63,275 nucleotides of DNA. Source: Macrostomum lignano. Lineage: Eukaryota. Shown in pieces: positions 52,703-63,275 of this stretch; position 1 is the stretch's first letter, and each line of letters begins with the position of its first letter. A program made the translations under genes and the position numbers. Location: the NCBI GenBank assembly GCA_002269645.1, contig NIVC01002747.1, positions 1-63,275 on the forward strand. Reading direction: 5' to 3'. Under the pieces are notes generated by a model, which saw only the letters and a program-made list of their open reading frames with translations, was not told the origin of the DNA and ran no database searches.

Positions 52703-55700
52703 TCAGCTGAAGTCCGACTCGTCCGACTCATCATCGCCCCCGCGGCCGGCGATGATGATGGCGGAGCCTGCGCTGCCGGAGTCGGCCGCCGACTCGCCCG
52801 GGGCTGCCGCGGCTGCCAGCAGCTGCCGCTGGCTGTTGGCGCTTTCCGTCGACGAGCAGCACGAGCTCGAGCCCCGATCCGCGTCGCCGTCAACCAGCAG
52901 CAGCCCGGCGGCGGTGGTGGCGGCGGCGCTACGGTCCAGTTCGGCCATGGGGAAGGCGATGACCGCCGAGTCTCCGGGGCCCGCGGTTGCCGCGTCGGCG
53001 GCTGCGGCGGACGGCTCATCCGACTCGGAGTCCGCCCAGCAGTGCCGGTCGTCGACCTCGCCGCTGCTGTTGCTGCTGCCGCTGTCCCGCCGAGCGGCCG
53101 GCAGCTGCGGCGGCTGGGCGGCCTGCTTGTCTGGCGAGGCCCAGGCCTGCTGAGCGGTCGCAGGCCGCCGCGCCGACGCCGCCTGCGCACCGGAGGTCGA
53201 CGACGACGACGCCCCGGCGGAAACCGAGGCCGAGGACTCCGGCTGGCGCTGGGCGGTCACGAATTCCAGTATGGGCACCGCGGCCTGGTCGGCGCCGCCG
53301 CCGGCCTGCACCGTCAGCTGCAGCAGCGCGCGGAACGGCGCTCGGCAGATCGGCAGCAGCTGGCCTGGTACCTGGGGGGGGGGGGCAGAGACCTTCGCTT
53401 GCGGACTCCCCCTGGGAACAGTGCACCCAGTCTACTCCCCTCTGCATGCATACCCAAACCTACTGCACTTTGCAGAGTCTACCCTAATCTACTCAACTCC
53501 ACACAGCCTACCTTAACCTACTCCACTCTGCACACAGCCTACCCAAACCTACTCCACACTGCACACAGCCTACCCAAACCTACTCCACACTGCACACAGC
53601 CTACCCTAACCTACTCCACTCTGCACACAGCCTACCCTAACCTACTCCACTCTACACACAGCCTACCCTAACCTACTCCACACTGCACACAGCCTACCCA
53701 AACCTACTCCACTCTGCACACAGCCTACCCTAACCTACTCCACTCTACACACAGCCTACCCTAACCTACTCCACTCTGCACACAGCCTACCCTAACCTAC
53801 TCCACTCTACACACAGCCTACCCTAACCTACTCCACACTGCACACAGCCTACCCAAACCTACTCCACTCTGCACACAGCCTACCCTAACCTACTCCACTC
53901 TACACACAGCCTACCCTAACCTACTCCACACTGCACACAGCCTACCTTAACCTACTCCACTCTGCACACAGCCTACCCAAACCTACTCCACTCTGCACAC
54001 AGCCTACCCTAACCTACTCCACTCTGCACACAGCCTACCCAAACCTACTCCACACTGCACACAGCCTACCCAAACCTACTCCACACTGCACACAGCCTAC
54101 CCAAACCTACTCCACACTGCACACAGCCTACCCAAACCTACTCCACACTGCACACAGCCTACCCAAACCTACTCCACACTGCACACAGCCTACCCAAACC
54201 TACTCCACACTGCACACAGCCTACCCAAACCTACTCCACACTGCACACAGCCTACCCAAACCTACTCCACACTGCACACAGCCTACCCAAACCTACTCCA
54301 CACTGCACACAGCCTACCCAAACCTACTCCACACTGCACACAGCCTACCCAAACCTACTCCACACTGCACACAGCCTACCCAAACCTACTCCACACTGCA
54401 CACAGCCTACCCTAACCTACTCCACACTGCACAAGCCTACCCTAACCTACTCCACACTGCACACAGCCTACCTTAACCTACTCCACTCTGCACACAGCCT
54501 ACCCAAACCTACTCCACTCTGCACACAGCCTACCCTAACCTACTCCACTCTGCACACAGCCTACCCAAACCTACTCCACACTGCACACAGCCTACCCAAA
54601 CCTACTCCACACTGCACACAGCCTATCCAAACCTACTCCACACTGCACACAGCCTACCCAAACCTACTCCACACTGCACACAGCCTACCCAAACCTACTC
54701 CACACTGCACACAGCCTACCCAAACCTACTCCACACTGCACACAGCCTACCCAAACCTACTCACACTGCACACAGCCTACCCAACCTACTCCACACTGCA
54801 CACAGCCTACCCAAACCTACTCCACACTGCACACAGCCTACCCAAACCTACTCCACACTGCACACAGCCTACCCAAACCTACTCCACACTGCACACAGCC
54901 TACCCAAACCTACTCCACACTGCACACAGCCTACCCAAACCTACTCCACACTGCACACAGCCTACCCAAACCTACTCCACACTGCACACAGCCTACCCAA
55001 ACCTACTCCACACTGCACACAGCCTACCCAAACCTACTCCACACTGCACACAGCCTACCCAAACCTACTCCACACTGCACAAGCCTACCCGAACTCTCAC
55101 CTCAGCGAGTCGGCACAGCTGTCGCACAGGCAGAGGTGGCGGCAGGGCAGGATGACGGTGTCCCTGGCCTTCACCATACACACAACGCAGTCCGCATCGC
55201 CCGGATCCATCAGTGAGTCGGCAGCGGCCGGAGCGGCGGCCTGCGAGCCGCTGCCGCCACCCTCGCGGTCGGAGATGCCGTAAATGTCGTGAACGACAAG
55301 CGGCAGGCCGTCGATTACCTGCCGAGTGGGGTACAGACGGTATCTGGGTATTAACTAAAGCCCCCAGTCTACTTCACATGTCCGAAAAACTTGATGCACA
55401 AAATGACAATTGGGCCGCCCAGTATTTCAAGGCGTTCTCGGGCAGGCAGACGGTAATTAGCATGCAAATTGGGGGCCAAAGTGCGTTGGCCCCAGGGCAA
55501 GCATTGCATGCACAGAAAAATTATGGAGTTTCAAAACTTCACGATCCAATCTGGGCAATACTCGCTGGAATGAGGCTGGCCTAGAAAGTGCTTGGCATTT
55601 TTGCATAAAACAGATAAGCTAAGTAGACAGGGGACACTTGGATAGCATGGCTGGGTGATGTGGACAGGGACACCTGGATAGCATGGCGGGATGATCAGGT

Positions 55701-57096
55701 AGACAGGGACACCTGGATAGCATGGCTGGATGATCAGGTAGACAGGGGACACCTGGATAGCATGGCTGGATGATCAGGTAGACAGGGGACACCTGGATAG
55801 CATGGCTGGATGATCAGGTAGACAGGGGACACCTGGATAGCATGGCGGGATGATCAGGTAGACAGGGGACACCTGGATAGCATGGCGGGATGATCAGGTA
55901 GACAGGGGACACCTGGATAGCATGGCTGGATGATCAGGTAGACAGGGGACACCTGGATAGCATGGCGGGATGATCAGGTAACAGGGGACACCTGGATAGC
56001 ATGGCGGGATGATCAGGTAGACAGGGGACACCTGGATAGCATGGCGGGATGATCAGGTAGACAGGGGACACCTGGATAGCATGGCTGGATGATCAGGTAG
56101 ACAGGAGACACCTGGATAGCATGGCTGGATGATGATGTTGACAGGGATCACCTGGAGGGCGTCACCGGATGCGGAGGTAAAAATAAGGCCAGCCTAAAAT
56201 TGCAGTCTAAGCAAGCCGGTACGTACCGTGATTTGCTTGAGCACCTTCAGCGAGTAGGCGGAGTCGGCAGCCAGCCGCTCTGCCGAGCACAGCAGCAGCT
56301 GCTGGTTGGCGGGGCCGGACTCCAGCGACTCGCACAGCACCGCGAGAGGGAAGGCGTCCTGGCAGCTGTCCGACGCGTCGTCGAATACGGTAGGCCGCAG
56401 GGTGAGCTCGGTGCAGGAAAACACCTACGGGTGCGAGCGGGGGTTCGACTCATCACTACCGAACTGCATCTCCCAGACTCCATCTCCCTTTTGTAGTCTC
56501 AATTTCCCTCCAAGACTCCATCTTCCTCCAAACTCCTCACACCCCACCCCTTTAACCTAAAGTACATTAATCAGTGTCACCACATCCCCAAGCTCTATCA
56601 CAGAGCCGCTCACCCAGCCGAGGCCTCGGGAGAAGCGTTGCCGCTCGGGCCCCGGGTACAACGGATGCTGCGCCTCCAGAACCAGCCGCTGGCCGTTGAA
56701 GGACTGGCGGACAAACAGCCAGACGGAGACCTCGCAGTCCACCAGACAGTCCAGCACCAGCTCCACGTGAAAGGACTGATGTGGCAGCGGCTCCGCGCCG
56801 GAATCGGCCTTGACGAACCGCGCCGTCTCTTTGCGCAGACTGACGACCGCCTGCAGCGGCCGGCTGTGCCCGGCGGGTCGGCCAACTGGCAGCTGGTAGG
56901 GCAGCGGCTGGCTGTTGACGAACTGCAGGTCGGCCGGCTCGCCGAAGATGAAGGACTCGCGGGCAACTGATTCGAATTTGTCGCCACCAAGGTAGAAATG
57001 CCCGGTAAACAGTACGCCAGTCTTAGGCGGAAAGGTGGCCCAGCTCTGCTCGGTCTGGGCGCGGGGCGAACTAGAGGTTGACAGCAGCGAACCCAT
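52703..57096 (-). CDS. MGRN1: MGRN1/RNF157-like RING E3 ubiquitin ligase; exons 57096-56614, 56424-56227, 55318-55101, 53371-~52703 (1-nt frameshift near 53352)
   Basis: MGSLLS start, FPPKTG..F..HFYLGGDKF, FIFGE..DL.F, LKVLKQ|VIDG...HDIYGI and the RING CVVC...RDTVILPCRHLCLC..CADSLR|YQAS.CPICRAPFRALL. The C-terminal tail is low-complexity. Confidence 0.92.
53435..55090. repeat. 31-bp minisatellite CTACTCCACACTGCACACAGCCTACCCAAAC, about 1.65 kb (MGRN1 intron 3)
   Basis: Seen directly. Confidence 0.97.
55630..56140. repeat. 40-bp minisatellite GACAGGGGACACCTGGATAGCATGGCTGGATGATCAGGTA (MGRN1 intron 2)
   Basis: Seen directly. Confidence 0.95.
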
Positions 57097-59779
57097 GTGG
57101 ACTGCGCTGCGGGAGGCGGGTTGGAGATTAATCTCACAGATGAACGCACGCAGAAATTCACCTGCCGGAGCGGTGAGTCAAGGGCCCCCTCACTGAGTTT
57201 AAAGAATGTACTCGTAGTAGTCGACTTTCTTAATCCTTCTTAGGCCTTCCTTCCAATCAATCCAAAAAATAGTCCAAAAATCACAAGCCTCCACAAACGC
57301 AGTACTTCTGCGAACTAATAACTGCATGAAGCTTCTTGAAAACCGTGCATGCAGCTGTGGCATACCTTTCCGGAACGAGGATAGAGACACAAGATTCTGG
57401 TAGCAAAAGTGAGGGCAGCAGCGAACCTTCTCTGTCTCTCTTTCTCCCCTACATCCCGAAGGTAGCAGGCAGGCAAGGAATTGCACAAGAAGCTGTTGCG
57501 CTGCTTTCTCCAGCTGCTGAAAATAAAACAGCAATAAGAAAAGCAATCGGAACCTTCGATCCACTTGCAGTCTGGCTGACAGACAGGTAGTCGATGCGCA
57601 GGCTGCGCTACCTTGGGGTGCATAAATGACACCCTAAAGGCTTCGGCAAGACTGGGCAGCTGAGGACGGGTGGAAGGGCGACGCCGCGATTTCCAAGCTG
57701 TCGCGTGCTAAATAATTCCATACAACAATCAACACTGCAGCGGCACAGATTGTTTTCACCCGGGCGCTTCGACAGCGGCAGCCGAATGAAAATGTCACAG
57801 CTGTAGGTAACGGAAGCAATGAAAACCGCTTCTGCCACATCGAGGCTTAGCATTTAAAGGGATTATAAAAATATAGAAAAGTGTAACAACACTGCTTCCG
57901 AAGTGACGCTGTTCGGTAGTAGAGAGAACCAAGACGCGAATCTAAATAAGCTGAATGCCGATAGACCGAGGATGGAACGGTTTACTGCCCGAGGTCGCTT
58001 TGAAGAATTGATAAAATCTATGGACGGTGTGTCAGGCAGGCGGGCCGAGCAAGCATTAAATTCGAGCGTCACCCAAATTAAACTGATACAGGGCAATCAA
58101 ATGCAAGCGACGCCAACCTGGGTCAAACCGGCTGCTCTTAGAGGAATCAGAACGTTGATGAAGCATTAATTTAACGCAAATGTTACCGGCAGTTGCAAAG
58201 CATTATGTATTGAAGTAATTCTGTAGTAATATTTCAGTTTTCGCTCGTGAGTGCCGGCATTCCCGATTGATGCGAAAAAATTCCGAAATGGAACAAGGCG
58301 GAAATGTTTGACAGCTGCTTTGAAACCTCAAGAAGACAAGGAGTTTGGCATTGTTAAACCAACCGACAGAAGCTCGCAGTGGCACCTGTTGTTGAAAGCT
58401 TTCAATAGCGGCGAAGCCAGAGTCAGATATTGGCAAACACAAGTACGAAGGGAGTAGAAATAGGAACCTTGGCCTTGCCAAGGCATGCTGTCGTCATTAA
58501 GGCAGCGGTCTGCAATGTCTGGCAGAGGCAGAAAAGGCGCAGAAGTCGATGCTGCACCCCACCTGGTCAATGCATCACTATGGGGAGGCTGGCTGTCTCG
58601 CCGCGGCGCAGACCCTGGGGCGCGCGACTGTCTTGCGTCCGTAAAAATACATGCAAGTAAAAGAAAGTTCGATATTATTTTTATTGCGCAAGTCGGGCCA
58701 GACAGAAGTTCGCAAAGCCGAAGACTCCACAAGTGCAAACAAACCAAAGAGGCACAGAAAACGCGCCGTTGGCAATCGCGTGTTTACAAAAACTTGATCT
58801 ACTTGAACTTCACTGAAGAGACGTCACCTCCGCATTGGAGACTTCTTGAGGTCATCTGAACGATTAATTAACGCGAAGAGCTGACGGACCGGCCAGGAAG
58901 CTGGTGAAGATGACAGCAAGGTTCGAGGCAGCCGTTGGCAATCGCTAATTTTCAACCTCGTCGCACTCGGCGCTCCATCAAACGCCAGCCGCCCACGCGG
59001 CCGCACGTCAGAGGCAGCGGCAGTGAGGCTGGCTGACAGCGGAACACGTTCTGACTGGAAGAAACACTGGCAACACTGGAAGGCCGGCAGCCACCAGGTA
59101 GCAAAGAAAATACAAGAAAAGAAGAGGCAGCGGAGGCCAGCATCAGGCAGCAACACACTTGCGCCTGATGGGAGCGCGGCTGCTGACGGCGTCAGCCCAG
59201 CTCCAAAGTGAAACTTTTCAGAGTGAAATCTAGCATTACCAACTGAAACCAAAACGCTTTGCTGGCTTGCAAAATAAATGAACTCAAAGCACAGATGGAC
59301 CGATAATTATATATTGCTTGCCATCGTTAGCGCATCAGTTATAGATGATTAGGTTAACAGTAAGATCCGACACAGCTAGTAAGTAAGAGTAAAAGCCCCA
59401 AAAAACCACGCAAATGATGAACAAAAACAAACGAAAACTGCGGCAGCTCAAACAGGACAGCCACCGACATGGAGGGGCAAAACGAGGCAAAACAATAAAC
59501 CGGTGGGATTTTCATTTTAAATTGGAATTAGTGTTGGTTAAAATTTAATTCGCATATCAAAAAACAAGATCTTCTCACTAGCAGTTGGATCCAGATGAAA
59601 CAGAGCAAAAACGCGGCAGTAACACCAGGTAAAGAACAGGTGGATTGCATCGCCGACAAGTTGATCGATGTAGCAGCTAACAGGAATATGCAAACAGTGC
59701 AAAGCAAGCAGCGGTTATACAACAAATCAAATATACTGAATGATGCAGTCTGGATTCAATGCTGGCTGGCGCCGCACAG

Positions 59780-60315
59780 ACCTGAGTAACCACCTGGGGA
59801 TGCACTGAGGCGGGGAAGTCACAGGCCTGAGTAAACACCTGGGGATGCACTGGGGCGGGGAAGTCGCAATCCGAGTAACCACCTGGGGATGCACTGAGGC
59901 GGGGAAGTCACAGGCCTGAGTAAACACCTGGGGATGCACTGGGGCGGGGAAGTCGCAGGCCTGAGTAACCCTGGGGATGCACTGGAAGCGGGGAAGTCAC
60001 AGGCCTGAGTAACCCTGGGGATGCACTGGAAGCGGGGAAGTCACAGGCCTGAGTAACCACCTGGGGATGCACTGGGGCGGGGAAGTCGCAGGCCTGAGTA
60101 AACACCTGGGGATGCACTGGGGCGGGGAAGTCGCAGGCCTGAGTAACCACCTGGGGATGCACTGGGGCGGGAAGTCACAGGCCTGAGTAAACACCTGGGG
60201 ATGCACTGGGGCGGGGAAGTCATAGGCCTGAGTAAACACCTGGGGATGCACTGTGGCGGGAAGTCACAGGCCTGAGTAACCACCTGGGGTGCAGTGGCGG
60301 GGAAGTCACAGGCTG
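59780..60315. repeat. About 45-bp minisatellite GGCCTGAGTAACCACCTGGGGATGCACTGGGGCGGGGAAGTCACA
   Basis: Seen directly. Confidence 0.93.
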
Positions 60316-60575
60316 AAGCGAAGACCAGATCAGAAATGAAATGCCGTTTCAGCTACGCGAGACGCCAGCCCGGACTGAATGATGGCGCGCACCAGCTGCT
60401 CCGGCCGGGTGTGCAATGGAGGAGAGCGGGGCTCGAGGACAGGTAGAGGAGGGGACAGAGCATCCCACAGGAGTAGGAAGAAGACAAACAACAAGACTAA
60501 AGAAAACAATGAAGACTACCAAAACAGAGGCCATGAAAGGCCATCTAGCAGTGAACTCGGGCAGCAATTCAGCAC

Positions 60576-61606
60576 TCAGAGCTGCTTGGGCAGCGGCGGC
60601 GCGGTCTCGGGGCTGTAGGGCGCCAGCAGGAACTGGGAGAAGTACTCCAGCATGGCCAGCCCGCGGATCTCGCGCTCCAGCAGCGGCATCTTCACGATGT
60701 GGAAGTCCTCGTACAGGTCCTCCATCTGGGCCACGTACTTCTGCTGGATTTTGTGCCTGGAGGAGCAGAGGGCGCAGGGCGGCCTGCTGGGGCTGGGGAA
60801 CAGCAGCTGGTTGACCACAAGGTTTGCGCGTCGATGCCGAGCTTGGTGAGCTCCTGTACCAGCCGCTCCGTCTCGTACAGCGACAGGAACTCGGCGATGC
60901 AGACGCACACGAAGGTGGTCCGCTGCGGGTTGCGAAACTCCTCGTTGACGCGGCGCACCAGCGGCAGGCGGTCCTCCAGCTGGCGGCCGAGCTCCTCGGC
61001 CCGCATGTTGCCGAGGCCGAGCACGGAGCCCAGCTGGCCGACCAGGGGCGCCAGCTGGTTCTTGAAGCGGACCAGCTTGCCCATGGAGGCCTCCATGGTG
61101 GACGGGAAGGACAGCAGGCGGAGCGTGTGCCCGGTGGGTGCGGTGTCGAACACGATAACGCTAAAGTCCATGTCCTCGACGAGGCGCAGCACCTCCGAGT
61201 AGGACATGAACTCGTCGATGCCGGCAGCGCGGACATCAGCTCCGACACGAGGCTGCGCAGCGCGCCAGAGTCGTCATTCACCAGCTCGTCGGCAGGCCGG
61301 ACAGCCCGACGGAGGGGTCGACCTCCATGGCGTACAGGTTGCTGAAGCCCTTCACCAGGGTGGGCGTCTTGGAGAACTTCTGGTCGAAGGCGTCAGAGAT
61401 GTTGTGGGCGGGTCGGTGGACAGCAGCAGCAGCACGGAGGGCCGCACGCGGGACAGCTGCACCGCCAACGAGCACGAGGTGGACGTCTTGCCTACGCCGC
61501 CTTTGCCTCCGACAAAGATCCACTTCATATTCTGGCTCTGGTGCACCAGGCTGCTCAGCGTCGGGTCCATGGGCTCCAGGCCGGCTTCTGCTGCTGTTGA
61601 GGTCAT
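60576..61606 (-). CDS. ASNA1: ATPase ASNA1/GET3 (TRC40); coding region has no introns and about four apparent 1-nt frameshifts
   Basis: [94 protein letters not shown], the CALC zinc motif and [17 protein letters not shown]. Confidence 0.95.
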
Positions 61607-61674
61607 TGCTGGCTGTGGGTGGCTGCGCTGCAATCGGAAAGTGGGAATGATGGCCTTGCAGGTACCGGCTCAGG

Positions 61675-62235
61675 TCACTGATGCTGCTGTATTACTGATA
61701 AGACATTGTGTCACTGATAAGCTGCTGTCACTGATAAGCTGCTGTCACTGATAAGCTACTGTGTCACTGATAAGCTGCTGTGTCACTGATAGGCTATTGT
61801 GTCACTGATGCTACTGTGTCACTGATAAGCTGCTGTGTCACTGATAGGCTATTGTGTCACTGATGCTACTGTGTCACTGATAAGCTGCTGTGTCACTGAT
61901 AAGCTATTGTGTCACTGATAAGCTACTGTGTAACTGATAAGCTGCTGTGTCACTGATAAGCTACTGTGTCACTGATAAGCTACTGTGTCACTGATAAGCT
62001 GCTGTGTCACTGATGCTACTGTGTCACTGATAAGCTACTGTGTCACTTATAAGCTACTGTGTCACTGATAAGCTATTGTGTCACTGATAAGCTACTGTGT
62101 CACTGATAAGCTACTGTGTCACTGATAAGCTGCTGTGTCACTGATAAGCTACTGTGTCACTGATAAGCTGCTGTCACTGATTAGCTGCTGTGTCACTGAT
62201 AAGCTGCTGTCACTGATAAGCTGCTGTGTCACTGT
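61675..62235. repeat. About 19-bp minisatellite GTGTCACTGATAAGCTACT upstream of ASNA1
   Basis: Seen directly. Confidence 0.93.
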
Positions 62236-62976
62236 ATTAAGAGTTACTGTGACCCTACAGGTATTAAAAACGGCAATTAGCCAAATGAAAAAGCCAGTAC
62301 AGACGAGGCTGAAGTGCGCAGTGACGTCAGTAAATCTATCTGGATGAATGGCTCAGCAATACGCATTAGCAGGCAAACATGAATCGCATCGGTAATCAAA
62401 GAAGGGCAGGCAGTGCAAAAGTGCGCCTGTCTGCTGACTGCATAACTGAGGAAAGCCACACGGTAGCACCGGCGCAGACGATCAAAACAGGACGGCGTCA
62501 ATCAGGGAGGCGCTGACTGCACCTGATGGCTCCCCGGACTTAACTGGGCAGTTTTTATATCCGGGCAAAGTTGGGCGGCGCCGCTGCGGTGGTGCGCGAA
62601 AGAAGCGAGGAGGTGCAACAAACTGACTGGAAGCTGGAATCGGAACAGCGGCAAAGCAGACGCTGATTGACCAAAACTGTGCAGGATTTGGCGAAATTGC
62701 CGAAGCGGGCTGGCATTTAGCAGCGAAGTGGTGCCCGGGAATATACAAAATATCCAGCCAGACTTCGCTTAGCAACAGCGATGAGCAGCTAAGAGAAGCT
62801 GGCGAATGTCGCCAGGTTAGTAAAAACTCGCATGGAATGAAATGAATGGGCGACAGCGCCAGGGAGTCTCCTCCCCGTAAATCCCGAACCACTATCGAGC
62901 CTAAGCTGACAATTCAGGCAAACAAGCAAACAGCTGCGGCTTGGGATGAATGGACTCGTCCTCTCTGGCCGCACAG

Positions 62977-63034
62977 GTTGTTACCTGCGCACTAAGGGAC
63001 GTTTGGGACTAAAGGGAAGAGGCGAATCTGTTAG
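62977..63034 (+). other. Possible 58-nt internal exon of a plus-strand gene continuing beyond the window
   Basis: CACAG acceptor and GTAAGA donor. One frame is open (CYLRTKGRLGLKGRGESV) and a repeat-filled intron follows. No homology recognised. Confidence 0.3.
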
Positions 63035-63275
63035 GTAAGAGGCGAATCTGTCAGGAAGAGGCGAATCTGTCAGGGAAGAGGCGAATCTGTCAGGGAAGAG
63101 GCGAATCTGTCAGGGAAGAGGCGAATCTGTCAGGTAAGAGGCGAATCTGTCAGGTAAGAGGCAATCTGTCAGGTAAGAGGCGAATCTGTCAGGTAAGAGG
63201 CGAATCTGTCAGGTAAGAGGCAAATCTGTCAGGTAAGAGGCAAATCTGTCAGGTAAGAGGCAAATCTGTCAGGTA
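63013..63275. repeat. 20-bp minisatellite GTAAGAGGCGAATCTGTCAG (unit starts with GT and ends with AG)
   Basis: Seen directly. Confidence 0.95.

Noticed and set aside
52622-53671. Antisense and alternate-frame GC-rich ORFs (also 29450-30079, 42568-43155, 60349-61281, 5369-5860)
   Set aside because: They are shadows of real coding exons in GC-rich, stop-poor sequence and have no recognisable domains.
42490-61606. ASNA1, MGRN1 and the lectin gene as pseudogenes
   Set aside because: Motifs are fully conserved, there are no in-frame nonsense changes, and the breaks are single-base losses in short runs, typical of long-read consensus error.

Overview
Eukaryotic (animal) genomic DNA, not bacterial. 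It has GC-rich exons with GT-AG introns, and most introns and intergenic gaps are filled with different minisatellites. The style suggests a flatworm such as Macrostomum, which is inference only. Genes found: an intronless ankyrin plus death-domain-like protein (-), a HypX/HoxX-like gene running into an MTHFD1/FolD-like dehydrogenase-cyclohydrolase (+), an RSKR/SgK494 kinase (+), a secreted single-WSC protein (+), a divergent Rab (+), a secreted PAN plus C-type-lectin-like protein (-), SDF2-like (-), MGRN1/RNF157-like (-) and ASNA1/GET3 (-). Mobile DNA: the 5' end of a Ty3/Gypsy element, a decayed DIRS/Ngaro-type tyrosine-recombinase retrotransposon, an RTE-like LINE fragment and several MITEs, three with exact 8-bp target-site duplications. 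Top finding: a spliced HypX/HoxX homolog (the bacterial enzyme that makes CO from 10-formyl-THF for [NiFe]-hydrogenase) appears fused to a FolD domain that makes that same substrate, giving a protein of about 920 aa. The fusion needs one extra G in a G-run at 18672-18675. The same kind of single-base loss in short runs breaks three other, otherwise intact genes here, so an assembly error is the likely cause. All exon boundaries were read by eye.
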